From the NCBI GenBank assembly GCA_046582655.1, contig JAYGDX010000021.1:1-16249 (forward strand): 16,249 nucleotides of DNA, read 5' to 3'. The notes beneath the pieces were generated by a model. The model searched no databases, was not told the origin of the DNA, and saw only the letters and a list, made by a program, of their open reading frames with translations. This DNA comes from Candidatus Poribacteria bacterium. GTDB taxonomy: Bacteria; Poribacteria; WGA-4E; UBA9662. Below, in pieces: positions 1 through 8,625 of the stretch (the stretch's first letter is position 1; every line of letters begins with the position of its first letter). The position numbers and the translations under genes were made by a program.

Positions 1-598
1 GCGACCTGCTTCCTGCCTTTGGCAACTGGCACAGTGTGTACAAGCGGCACTCCCCTTGGGGCAAAAAAGGGGTTTGGAAACTTTTGCTGGAACAGGTCTC
101 CGATGATATTGATCTGGAACAACTTCTCCTGGATAGCAGAATCATTCGAGTTCATCAGCATAGCGCAGGTGCAAAAAAAAGAAGGGCCTCAGGCCATCGC
201 TCGCTGGCATGGTGGATTGACCACCAAGATTCATTCAGCGGTTGATGCCTTAGGCAATCCATTACGTCCCATTTTGACCGCGGGTCAAGATTCCGATCCA
301 GGCTCCCGCCTTGATAGAGGGTTTGGATCCTACGATGGTGATTGCCGACAAGGCATATGATGCCAATGATTTCATCCAAATGATCCAAGACATGGAAGCC
401 ATGGTGGTCATACCCGTGCGCAGTAATCGTAACCAACAACAAGAGTCTGATCATCACTGGTACAAAGACCGCAACCTGGTGGAGCGTTTCTGCAATAAAA
501 TTAAACAGTTTCGCCGTATTGCCAGGCGCTATAAAAAGCTTGATCGCAACTTCATGTCTAGGCTCAACCCGGTGTGTACCATCATCTGGTTGGCGTGA
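1..598 (+). pseudogene. IS5-family (IS427/IS1031-like) DDE transposase, 5'-truncated by window, with an additional inactivating frameshift
   Basis: Frame 3 reads DLLPAFGNWHSVYKR..W..KGVW...LDSRIIRVHQHSAGAKK. After the A8G run (173-181) frame 1 reads GGLTTKIHSAVDALGNPLRPILTAGQDSD. After a second shift near 295-305, frame 2 reads IADKAYDAN...VIPVRSNR...YKDRNLVERFCNKIKQFRRIARRYKK...IIWLA*. All are typical IS5 motifs. Confidence 0.92.
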
Positions 599-615
599 AT
601 GTTAACAGGCCCTAG
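599..615. mobile_element. Right terminal inverted repeat of the IS5-family element plus probable TA/TAG target duplication
   Basis: ATGTTAACAGGCCC-TAG lies immediately after the transposase stop. This matches the usual ...AACAGGCCC|TAG end of this IS group. The left end is outside the window. Confidence 0.65.
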
Positions 616-736
616 ACAAGGCGTCTGTCTCGTGATAGAATCCCGGTGTGAGAATTCATCTTAATATGACTAGTATTGACAGTGTTGAATGATAAAAAGC
701 ATTGGTTCAAAAAAACGTATTTTCCGGTTGTGAAGG

Positions 737-1510
737 ATGGCCTTTATGAATGAATCCTTGAATATTGATTCTGCTGTAATACAAGAGCGTCGTGAACGTG
801 TATTTCTGATTCTTGCTGGCTTGTTTGTTGGAACATTAGCTATGTTAAATATCTTGGGGATTTCCAGATTTATCAAACTTTTCAGCATTAGCGAATGGAC
901 ATTTGCTGTAGCTGTAGGTGTCCTGCCCTATCCAATCACTTTTTTATGCACAGATCTTATCAGTGAACTCTATGGTGAGAAAAAAGCTCGGTTTGTCGTC
1001 TGGGTAGGTGTCATACTCAATATCTGGGTGGTATTCATCATGTGGTTGGGTGGCATCTTGCCGGGGTTCGAAGATGTTAACGGTGCCGGCGAAATTGTTA
1101 AAGATGCTGCAGGAAGATTGCCAATATTCTTTGAAGTACGGAAGTTAACCTTTGGTGCGGTCACGGCCTCCATGATTGCCTATCTTGCAGCTCAGTTCAC
1201 TGACGTCCATCTGTTCCACTTCTGGAAGCGTTTGACCAAAGGTAAACATCTCTGGTTACGCAATAACGGGTCAACGTTAATCAGTCAATTGGTAGATACC
1301 ATCAGCGTGATATTAATTACGCACTATTTTGCTGGTGCGCTGCCAGTTGTGGAAAATCAGGCTATTATTCCGCAGCTCCTAGTGTTTATAGGATCAGGTT
1401 ATGCGTTTAAAGTGATAGTAGCATTACTGGATACTGGACCTCTTTATATTGCAGTTCATTATCTATCCAAATATCTACAGATTGATCCTACTGGAAGAAC
1501 ACAAGGATGA
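737..1510 (+). CDS. yhhQ: Queuosine precursor (preQ0/preQ1) transporter, VUT/YhhQ (DUF165) family
   Basis: Polytopic membrane protein with family motifs YPITFLCTDLISELYG, ASMIAYLAAQFTDV..FH, LWLRNNGSTLISQLVDT and KVIVALLDT. Confidence 0.9.
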   Translation: MAFMNESLNIDSAVIQERRERVFLILAGLFVGTLAMLNILGISRFIKLFSISEWTFAVAVGVLPYPITFLCTDLISELYGEKKARFVVWVGVILNIWVVFIMWLGGILPGFEDVNGAGEIVKDAAGRLPIFFEVRKLTFGAVTASMIAYLAAQFTDVHLFHFWKRLTKGKHLWLRNNGSTLISQLVDTISVILITHYFAGALPVVENQAIIPQLLVFIGSGYAFKVIVALLDTGPLYIAVHYLSKYLQIDPTGRTQG

Positions 1511-1601
1511 AGTGGAAACTGACCAATAAATTGTGAATTATATATTGACTGCAGATAAAATTAATTTCTAACTGGCTAACACGTTTCATGGACCACTGAA
1601 G

Positions 1602-1818
1602 TTTTCGACATGATTACGTTATAGTTAGCTCACCACATACAATGAGGTAGCCGAGGCAGTTTGTGTGGCTGAACTCACGACAATCTTACGATAGTCCGTG
1701 AGTTATCTTGGGGTGAATGACGTCACCCGGTGAGAGAAGAACAGCCATCAACTGGCTCTTTTAAGCCCGCCTGACGTAGGTAGATAGTCTTGAGGGTCAT
1801 GTCGGAGACATGACTACG
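1602..1818. ncRNA. Candidate structured non-coding RNA / non-autonomous element of unknown family
   Basis: No ORF. Consecutive hairpins are enclosed by the long-range pair TTCGACATGA (1604-1613) / TCATGTCGGA (1797-1806). A 12-nt direct repeat GACATGAYTACG lies at 1607 and 1807. No recognised Rfam family signature by eye. Confidence 0.45.
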
Positions 1819-1962
1819 CAATGATTCAAGCGCTTTACACAAATCTACACCACCATTCTCTATAGAAATTTGCGGAATTTATCTGGCAAAGGTTGCTAGG
1901 TTGAAGGAATACTTTTCTTTAGATCAAGAAATATAAAACGGTTCTTAATGGGAGGAAAAAGG

Positions 1963-2745
1963 ATGAAGATCGAAACAGTTAAACCAAACCAATTTTGTTA
2001 TGTAGCTTACCTTTCGATCTTTAGTTTCTTCATACTGGCAAACTTGACTACTGCTGGAATAAGGGAAAAACTGGGTCTGGTTGCACGTTGGACCTTTGAT
2101 AAAGGCACACTCGACGCGAAAACAGTTCAAGATAACCTGGGCAACAATAACGGGTTGATCGTCGGGAAACCGAAGATCCGAAAAGGATTCCGCAGTGATG
2201 CTCTGGACTTTAATGGCACGGTTGATCACGTCAAGATAACCGAGGATATTTTCTTTCCCAGTGTCAGTATAGAAGCGGTCATCAACCCAACCCTCGGCAC
2301 ACGAAACCCGATCTATGATAAATACAACTATGGTATCCAACTGTTGGACAATAACCAAGTCGGTGTCTAGATACGTGCAGACACTAACCAGCAAAACAAA
2401 CATTGGCCGTCAGCTTATACGCCTTTCCCTGATGACGGCAAGTGGCATCATGTCGTTGGCGTTGTCACAAACAAGAAGCGTGTTCAGATCTTTCTCGACG
2501 GTGATTTAAAGAAAACGACTCCAGCACCGCATCCGATAAGCATTGCCTATGGCGCGAACGATAAGCCAACTATCGCCTATACCCGGCACCTAAATGGGAT
2601 CTGGTATGCTGGTGCTATTGACGAAGTAGCTGTTTATGAAAGGGCGCTGAACGAGGCAAATATTAAAACACTTTACACCACGGTTCTTGCAGTTGAAAAG
2701 TTGACGAAACTTTCCGTCGTCTGGGGAAGAATGAAAGTCTGGTGA
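1963..2745 (+). pseudogene. Secreted LamG/concanavalin-A-like jellyroll protein interrupted by an in-frame TAG at 2368-2370
   Basis: GGAGG RBS before ATG 1963; signal-peptide-like N-terminus; LVARWTFD...ALDFNG. The same frame stays open after the TAG through DDGKWHHVVGV...IFLDG...GAIDEVAVYERAL...LAVEKLTKLSVVWGRMKVW* (TGA 2743-2745). Confidence 0.85.
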
Positions 2746-2756
2746 ATCACCAGACT
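2736..2756. terminator. Perfect inverted repeat between convergent genes (possible bidirectional terminator/stabilising hairpin)
   Basis: AGTCTGGTGA-A-TCACCAGACT, a 10-bp perfect IR overlapping the LamG stop and just beyond the stop (2765) of the convergent gene. No strong U-tract. Confidence 0.5.
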
Positions 2757-2764
2757 CGCACAAA

Positions 2765-4810
2765 TTAGGCTTCAATAATCAGATAGTCAATGCTTCTAGG
2801 CGCTATTTCGATTGGTATCTGGATGTTGTAATCCCGATCAATTAGGTATTCCGTCGATTGGCCATCACTCGGGCAAATTCGGGCAAATTCGCCCAGTCCT
2901 GTGTAGTAGAGCGGCAACTTCAAATTCATCTGTTGGGTCTGGCTAGTTGGATTGTAAACCATTGCCAATCCGCAGGGATCTAATTGTGGATTGACGTGAA
3001 GCATACAGTCGATTGACCGTCCATCCGGCCGCCGAACGTGAATCAGATCACTATCCAGTATCAGGCGATACTGTTTATAGAAATCAACCCATTTTTTCAC
3101 TAATGTCTTGGTCTCTTCAGTATCAAATAAACGTGATCCTCGATAACAAGCGATCACACCACTACCGGAATTCTGTGCCAAATGCCATTCGTAATCTTCC
3201 AAGTGCCGGCAAAGCGGTTCAAAGGTGGCAGCTTGACCACCACCATGATATTCAACCAGCGGTACAAACATCCATCCCATACTGGGAGTTTTTTCAAAGG
3301 TGCCGTCATAGATATTCTGACGCGCAATCAGGATTTGCTATTCCCTAGGCAGACTGAAGTTGGTTTCACGGTAACCCATGCCGCATTTGTTGGATCCATT
3401 AAGATAATAGTAATCCGGCGAATTGATGTAGATACCTCGCTCACGGCACTGGTGATAGAAGCTGACACAGGCTTCCCACTGACGAAGTTGTGAATCCGCT
3501 AAACCACTGTGATGCTTGTGCATAGTAGAGGCACAAACATCGCCGTGGTAAGGGCCATCAGTTTCAATGATGTCCATGCCCGTAACATCCATAAAATTGA
3601 GTACCCGTCGAACATAACCGTCAGCCCATTCACTGGCTAAACAGGCGCTCTGTCCGAAACGGCTACCCGGTTTTTGTGTTTTCGGATCAATACAGTTGTA
3701 ATCTTCTCCAACACCCCGTGAAGCACACATCAAAGTATAGCCACCGATTTCAATTCCCTTACTGTGCGCGTAATCGGTCAGTTCCTTCATCTCGGCTATA
3801 TAGCTTGGGTTTTCGCTTTCGATATTAAAACCACTGCCAAAGGTCATAATTACCACCTCAAAACCAATTTCCGCACATTGATTGACTACTAAACGAACAG
3901 CTTCCGGTTCTGATCGTCGCACATGCATGAATATCGGATTTTCGGTCACCTGCGGAGCGACAGTCCTATACATTTTGCGTCGTGCCAGCCCCTTTCGTTC
4001 GCGATTGTCGCAGTCATGCAGCAGTTCAAAGGTACAAAAACTATCGAAATTATCACTCGGTTGCAGTGTCACGCCGGGGCCCAAAGGATAGGTACTGGTC
4101 ATCAACAACGGCATCTGATAGTGGTAGTCAATCTGGGTTTTGTAGTCTTCGTCGGGGCTCCAGTGCGTAGTTTCCATCTGGCTAAAGGCATAATCACTCT
4201 CGACGTACAATCGATGTTGCTCCTGCTCGTTGACTGCTATTAGTTCACAAACCAAGGCGTCGATAAATAATGTACGCTCACTCCAATTGTGAATAGAGAT
4301 CTGCTTGGACAAAACTGGAATACCCTGATAGAGATCATAATGGACAGAAATTTCTACACCCTCAAACGACGAGGGAGCAGTGAAATCGACTGACAACCTA
4401 ATCCCTTTAGGAGGATACTCAGTCGATGACACATAACGTTTGCGTAACCAGGGGTAGGAGGCTTCAATCTGACTTACACGATAGCGGGCAAACTGGAACG
4501 CCTTTGGATTACTTTTTAAGTCAACAAGCCAATCTGGATTAAGGTAAGCATAGTCCGGCTGACCTGTCAAACCTGCCACCTCCAATTGCTGGCCATCAAT
4601 GGTAATCACAGCTTCCGGCTTAATTCCGCGCATCAACGTAGACCTAGTTACTAAGTTCGCATAATCTATGGTCGCAAAATTGGGTGCGGTTACGAAGACA
4701 CGTGCGATCAGACCATTGCTTAGTATTAAGCGATCCTGATCCTCTTGAACCAATGCAGGTTGATCAAAAGGCTGCACCAGCCAATCGTTCTGTTGTGAAG
4801 CCGATGACAT
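2765..4810 (-). pseudogene. Alpha-galactosidase-like (GH36/clan-D-like TIM barrel) protein interrupted by an in-frame TAG at 3338-3340
   Basis: ORFs 3338..4813 and 2765..3280 share one frame. The joined reading is MGYRETNFSLPRE*QILIARQNIYDGTFEKTPSMGWMFVPLVEYHGGG. Other features: LILSNGLIAR N-terminus, CAEIGFEVVIMTFGSG, SACLASEWAD, IETDGPYHGD, and an AAGGAG RBS before ATG 4810. The enzyme assignment rests on family resemblance only. Confidence 0.7.
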
Positions 4811-5032
4811 CAATTCTCCTTAAATATGTTGCTCTAGCTGTTTAAATCCTAAAACCCGTAATACTGGTTAGAACGCAAAGAATAACCAAATCATGATATT
4901 CTATTCTGAGCTTGAGTAATCCAACTCATATCCCTCTCGTAGTGAAAAGCCATGACCTACAAAATCAATCAAGTCTACATAAATACCATCTACGTTAATT
5001 ACTTTTTTCCTCATTAGGACTCCAAATACAGC

Positions 5033-5660
5033 CTAAGCAATTTTGAAATCCCCCGTTTCGCAACTATGTTGCAACTGAGCCAGCAACAAGCGATTCACAA
5101 AATATTCCCGTCTATCAACATTAAATTTAGAAAAATAGTCTCGACATCTATTTAAAACTTCCACAAAATCAATGCTTTCCATCTGTGCTTTCAAGTTTCG
5201 AACATCATCTTCAATTATCTCCTTTCTTGTCTTAACGACTAACGATGAAGCAGCGATTTTGACTGGTTCAAACAAGCCTCCTTCAGTTCGAAAAAAAACT
5301 GTTGTTGCTGACGCTGACCAATGATAGAGAATGACCTGATAGATAGCATTGCTCCCTTTAATCAAAAGCAAAAAGAAAGTATCAATAAGATATTTATATT
5401 CCTTCCATCTTTTCGGCAAATTTGCATGCATAAATTTTATAGTTAAGCCATCATGCGCTACCTGATACAGTTCACCTTCAAAAACATCCAACACTTTTTT
5501 CAGATATATCTGACATATAGTGATCAAAAATGGCCCTAAAACTAACCTTCCCAGTCATACTCTTAACATGATCAACAAAATCTCCCTCATTGGCAGAGCA
5601 AAAGCTATCATGAGTTCTCAAACTGGCTGAAATTTCAAAGATAGATCGATATTTTTATTC
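5033..5660 (-). pseudogene. AT-rich hypothetical ORF, apparently frameshifted at its 5' end; possible first integron cassette
   Basis: 164-aa ORF 5033..5527 with no good start. An adjacent open frame upstream (…RTHDSFCSANEGDFVDHVKSMTGKVSFRAIFDHYMSDISEK) abuts it at an A-run near 5495-5500. Markedly AT-rich. Confidence 0.4.
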
Positions 5661-5715
5661 TGTAGCACTCCGTTCACAATACTACGGGTACTACGACTGA
5701 AATAACATTAGTATT

Positions 5716-5740
5716 AGCCAACAGTTTCCTAGACTAGAAT
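5716..5740 (-). other. Putative integron attI-like recombination site
   Basis: Minus strand reads ATTCTAGTCTAGGAAACT-GTTGGCT: a GTT core preceded by a GTCTA-type box, ~130 bp upstream of and divergent from an integrase-like N-terminus. The core is an imperfect GTTRRRY match. Confidence 0.35.
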
Positions 5741-5859
5741 ATTGCCATTGTCAGTAGAAACGGAGCAGAAAAATGCGTGAGGTAACGCTTGTTTTGTAGT
5801 GCACTTCAGGTTACCATAGGTGTTGGATATGAGCAATAACTACCATACCCGGGCAGGAT

Positions 5860-6075
5860 ATGAACGGTAACCAACAATCATGCAAACGTCCAATAGTGCC
5901 ATTTAACCACGATTCCCAATGGACTGACGGATATTCCCGGATGCTGGAAGTGCTTGGTATGGAGAAGAAGCGGCATCCTTTCTATGTTCACTGGGAGCTA
6001 TTGAACCTGTACCGGGTCAATCGTTGCAGAAGGGATCCAGAACCAACTGAAATCCAAGCCTTCCTCCAGAAATTA
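5860..6075 (+). pseudogene. N-terminal SAM-like domain remnant of an integron-type tyrosine integrase
   Basis: W.DGY.RMLEVLGMEKKRHPFYVHW....RRDPEPTEIQAFLQKL resembles the Y..W......EI..FL..L pattern of the phage-integrase N-terminal SAM-like domain. No catalytic domain follows. Confidence 0.5.
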
Positions 6076-7002
6076 GACAACCCCGGCGTCGCCGTGGCAA
6101 TGTGCCTGTTGGTGTTTTCGGGGTTCCTCGTTGTCGCCTCCGTCGCTGGTGAGGGGAGTTATGACTGGAAGACCGCTAGGGAACTGTACCTGGGAATTCG
6201 GTACGCGCACGTCGAGCCGTCCGTTCCCCAGAAGATGGTCGTCTACTGTCTGAAAATCGACTCGCACACACCGGGACTGATGTTCTACACAACCCCACGT
6301 CATGCGGAGTGGGTGGAAGGCAAGACAGAGACGAATCGCCAGACAACACGTAACTTCATTCGCCAGTCTCGGCAGAAGCACCCAAAGCTAGCGGTCGCGG
6401 TCAATGCAAACTCCTTCTCACCATGGCCTGCTCCCTTTCAGCAGGAGGATCCGACGAATATCTTTGGCCTTGCGGTTTCCAAGGGAACCTTAGTCTCCAG
6501 CAGCAACACGATGCCATCGCTACTAGTCAGCAAAATAGGGAAACTTCAGATTGCCACCGTCCCTGCTGACGGAGATCTCTCGGATGTCGAAACCGCGGTG
6601 AGCGGGTTCGGATTGTGCCTGATAGATGGTGAGGTGCCTACGACCGGTGAAGATCAGCATCCGCGGACCGGGCTGGGGTTGTCGCAAGACGGACGATACC
6701 TCTTTCTCCTGACGATCGATGGACGGCAGCCCTCTACTCCCGGCGCGACGGTTCAGGACGTCGGAAATCTGCTGAAGAAGTTCGGAGCGCATACCGGAAT
6801 CAACATGGATGGTGGAGGTTCGACAACAATGGCGTGGTGGGATCCCAACACGGAGGGTGAGGACAAGTGCCGACTGTTAAACACCCCCGTTGGCAACGGT
6901 GAGTCCTACGATCCAAGAAAGGCGACGGCTCCCTTTGCTCCAACGGAACGAGCCACTGGGAACAACTTGGGTGTATACTTTCTCGAAACGAGTATAAAGT
7001 AA
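5860..7002 (+). CDS. Phosphodiester glycosidase (NAGPA/DUF2233) family protein; the genuine domain starts near 6090-6100 with a signal-peptide-like segment
   Basis: Motifs AVNANSF, HPRTGLGLSQDGRYLFLLTIDGRQ and INMDGGGSTTM. Hydrophobic VAVAMCLLVFSGFLVVASVAG at residues ~77-97. GC-richer than the flanks. Confidence 0.85.
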   Translation: MNGNQQSCKRPIVPFNHDSQWTDGYSRMLEVLGMEKKRHPFYVHWELLNLYRVNRCRRDPEPTEIQAFLQKLDNPGVAVAMCLLVFSGFLVVASVAGEGSYDWKTARELYLGIRYAHVEPSVPQKMVVYCLKIDSHTPGLMFYTTPRHAEWVEGKTETNRQTTRNFIRQSRQKHPKLAVAVNANSFSPWPAPFQQEDPTNIFGLAVSKGTLVSSSNTMPSLLVSKIGKLQIATVPADGDLSDVETAVSGFGLCLIDGEVPTTGEDQHPRTGLGLSQDGRYLFLLTIDGRQPSTPGATVQDVGNLLKKFGAHTGINMDGGGSTTMAWWDPNTEGEDKCRLLNTPVGNGESYDPRKATAPFAPTERATGNNLGVYFLETSIK

Positions 7003-7339
7003 CCCCAGCAGATGAGAAAGACGAATGGTCCGTTGCGGGTATCGAGGTAGTCGTCTCAACAGCCTTCGTGACCCCGTACTGGCGAACAGCATCTGTTCCT
7101 CTTTAGAACCTGTATGGAGATGCAGCTCTAGTTGATGCCCAGTTTGTCTGTTGCTCGATGATACGATCATTGTTAACCCATCCCCTGACGTGCATGTGAC
7201 AGTTGATTTTCATCGTCTCCATGCAGACGTAGATCCAATTCCCGCTGAATGGCAATTGGGTCTGTTACTTGTGGTCGATACAAGTGGGGCGTTTGAATTC
7301 ACAAGCGCGAAGCGTCACATGCGACAGTTTCTCTGAAAC

Positions 7340-8422
7340 CTATTCTGATACTTGTATCAAACCCTTGGTGCAATTATCCTCTCTGTTCCGGACTTTAGTA
7401 ATACCGTCAACCAGATCGTCAAGCGGATATTTATGACTGATGATCTTATCCATATCCACATGTCCGTCAGATATCAGCTGGACAGCTTCCTCCCAGGTGT
7501 TTGGGGCCAACCAGGAAAAACGGATTGTCTTATCCATCAAGATGGTGTTAAGGATCGGAACCTGCATAATATCCTGGTCACCCGGTAGTCCAAAGATTAC
7601 CACGTTTGCATGCTTGCCGGTGATTTCTAGCGCGCTGTGAATGGCATCCAGTGAACTTGTCGCCGTAATAGCACGGTCTGCCAATTCTCCGTTCCGCAGA
7701 CCCATGATGAATTCTCCCAGATCCTCTACATAATTTGGTGAGCCTTGATCCTTAATATTGATGATATGATCTGCACCGAGTTCAGCTCCTGCTTCTAAGC
7801 GATAATCGCGAGTGCCTACCAATAGAACTTGTTCGACTCCACGACTCTTGAGCACCTGCACCATCATTAAGGCTATCGGTCCTGGGCCGAAGACAACCAC
7901 ACACTGATCTGGTTCAGCCTTCAGGTTATTGACCGCGTAAAGTCCACAGGCTAGCGGCTCTGTGAGAGCTCCCTGATCGTAGCTAACGTGATCAGGCAAT
8001 TTCAGCGTCCAATTATAGTCAGAGACCGTATATTCAGCAAACCCCCCATCTACGCTGACGCCCAATACACGCTTCTCATTGCACAGATTTGATAATCCTT
8101 TCTGGCTCCAATAGGAATTTGGGTTTGACTGCACGGGGTTAGCCACTACACGATCTCCGGGCGAGAACCCACCTTTTGACTTGGCTTCACCTCCAACCGC
8201 TACGACCTCTCCAGTGAACTCATGACCAAGTACGAGAGGGCCTTTCCCATCAGATGTCTCAAGCGAACTGTTGCCAAAATAATAGGCCACATCGCTCCCA
8301 CAAATTCCAACTGATTTAACCTTGATCAAAACATCATCCGGTTTGGGGATAGGTACCGCTTTTTCCTCTAGTTGCATCTTTTCTGGTTCATAGAAAATTT
8401 GAGATTTCATTAGTTCAGACAT
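7340..8422 (-). CDS. Zn-dependent MDR-family alcohol/polyol dehydrogenase (sorbitol/iditol dehydrogenase-like)
   Basis: VGICGSD, LGHEFTGEV, GGFAEY, EPLAC and VVFGPGPI motifs; AGGAG RBS. Confidence 0.9.
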   Translation of the reverse strand: MSELMKSQIFYEPEKMQLEEKAVPIPKPDDVLIKVKSVGICGSDVAYYFGNSSLETSDGKGPLVLGHEFTGEVVAVGGEAKSKGGFSPGDRVVANPVQSNPNSYWSQKGLSNLCNEKRVLGVSVDGGFAEYTVSDYNWTLKLPDHVSYDQGALTEPLACGLYAVNNLKAEPDQCVVVFGPGPIALMMVQVLKSRGVEQVLLVGTRDYRLEAGAELGADHIINIKDQGSPNYVEDLGEFIMGLRNGELADRAITATSSLDAIHSALEITGKHANVVIFGLPGDQDIMQVPILNTILMDKTIRFSWLAPNTWEEAVQLISDGHVDMDKIISHKYPLDDLVDGITKVRNREDNCTKGLIQVSE

Positions 8423-8451
8423 GTTTTATCTCCTAATAATGATGTTGGGTT

Positions 8452-8492
8452 GTAAAAAACTATGATAGAAAGCCGATTGTAGGTTTTCTATC
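8452..8492 (-). terminator. Intrinsic terminator-like hairpin within the operon, upstream of the last dehydrogenase
   Basis: Minus strand GATAGAAAACC-TACAATC-GGCTTTCTATC followed by ATAGTTTTTT: an 11-bp stem with one mismatch. Confidence 0.45.
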
Positions 8493-8625
8493 GTCTGGAA
8501 ATTAACAGTTGGATTCCCTGACATATTAATAGGCCATCCATTGTGGATGAAAAATAATCTTCATACCACGTCTTGCATGATTTTAAATGCTCTCTAAGCT
8601 GTTCATGGCGCGGTGCATAGCCGCG

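Noticed and set aside
616..736. preQ1 riboswitch upstream of yhhQ
   Set aside because: GGTTC followed by an A-run is present (704-715), but there is no P1 stem or pseudoknot partner. The TTGACA at 676-681 also lacks a properly spaced -10.
1590..1856. tmRNA, c-di-AMP riboswitch, group I intron or hammerhead/pistol ribozyme identity for the structured element
   Set aside because: Only isolated words match (TTCGAC, CCACCA, GCTGAAC/TTGGGGTGAAT, GATAGTC, TTAAGCCC). The acceptor/T-arm, tag ORF, GGGGGACC/GCTAAC boxes, ordered P-Q-R-S elements and CUGANGA/GAAA core are absent.
2869..2891. 10-bp tandem repeat GGGCAAATTC x2
   Set aside because: Only two copies, inside a coding frame that stays intact and protein-like; probably chance.
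4820..4880. attC site ending the putative cassette
   Set aside because: A CTAAC is present on the minus strand, but there is no matching GTTRRRY or internal palindrome.
7151..7336. 61-aa ORF convergent on the dehydrogenase
   Set aside because: TTG start without RBS and no recognisable motif; may be a fragment but cannot be supported.
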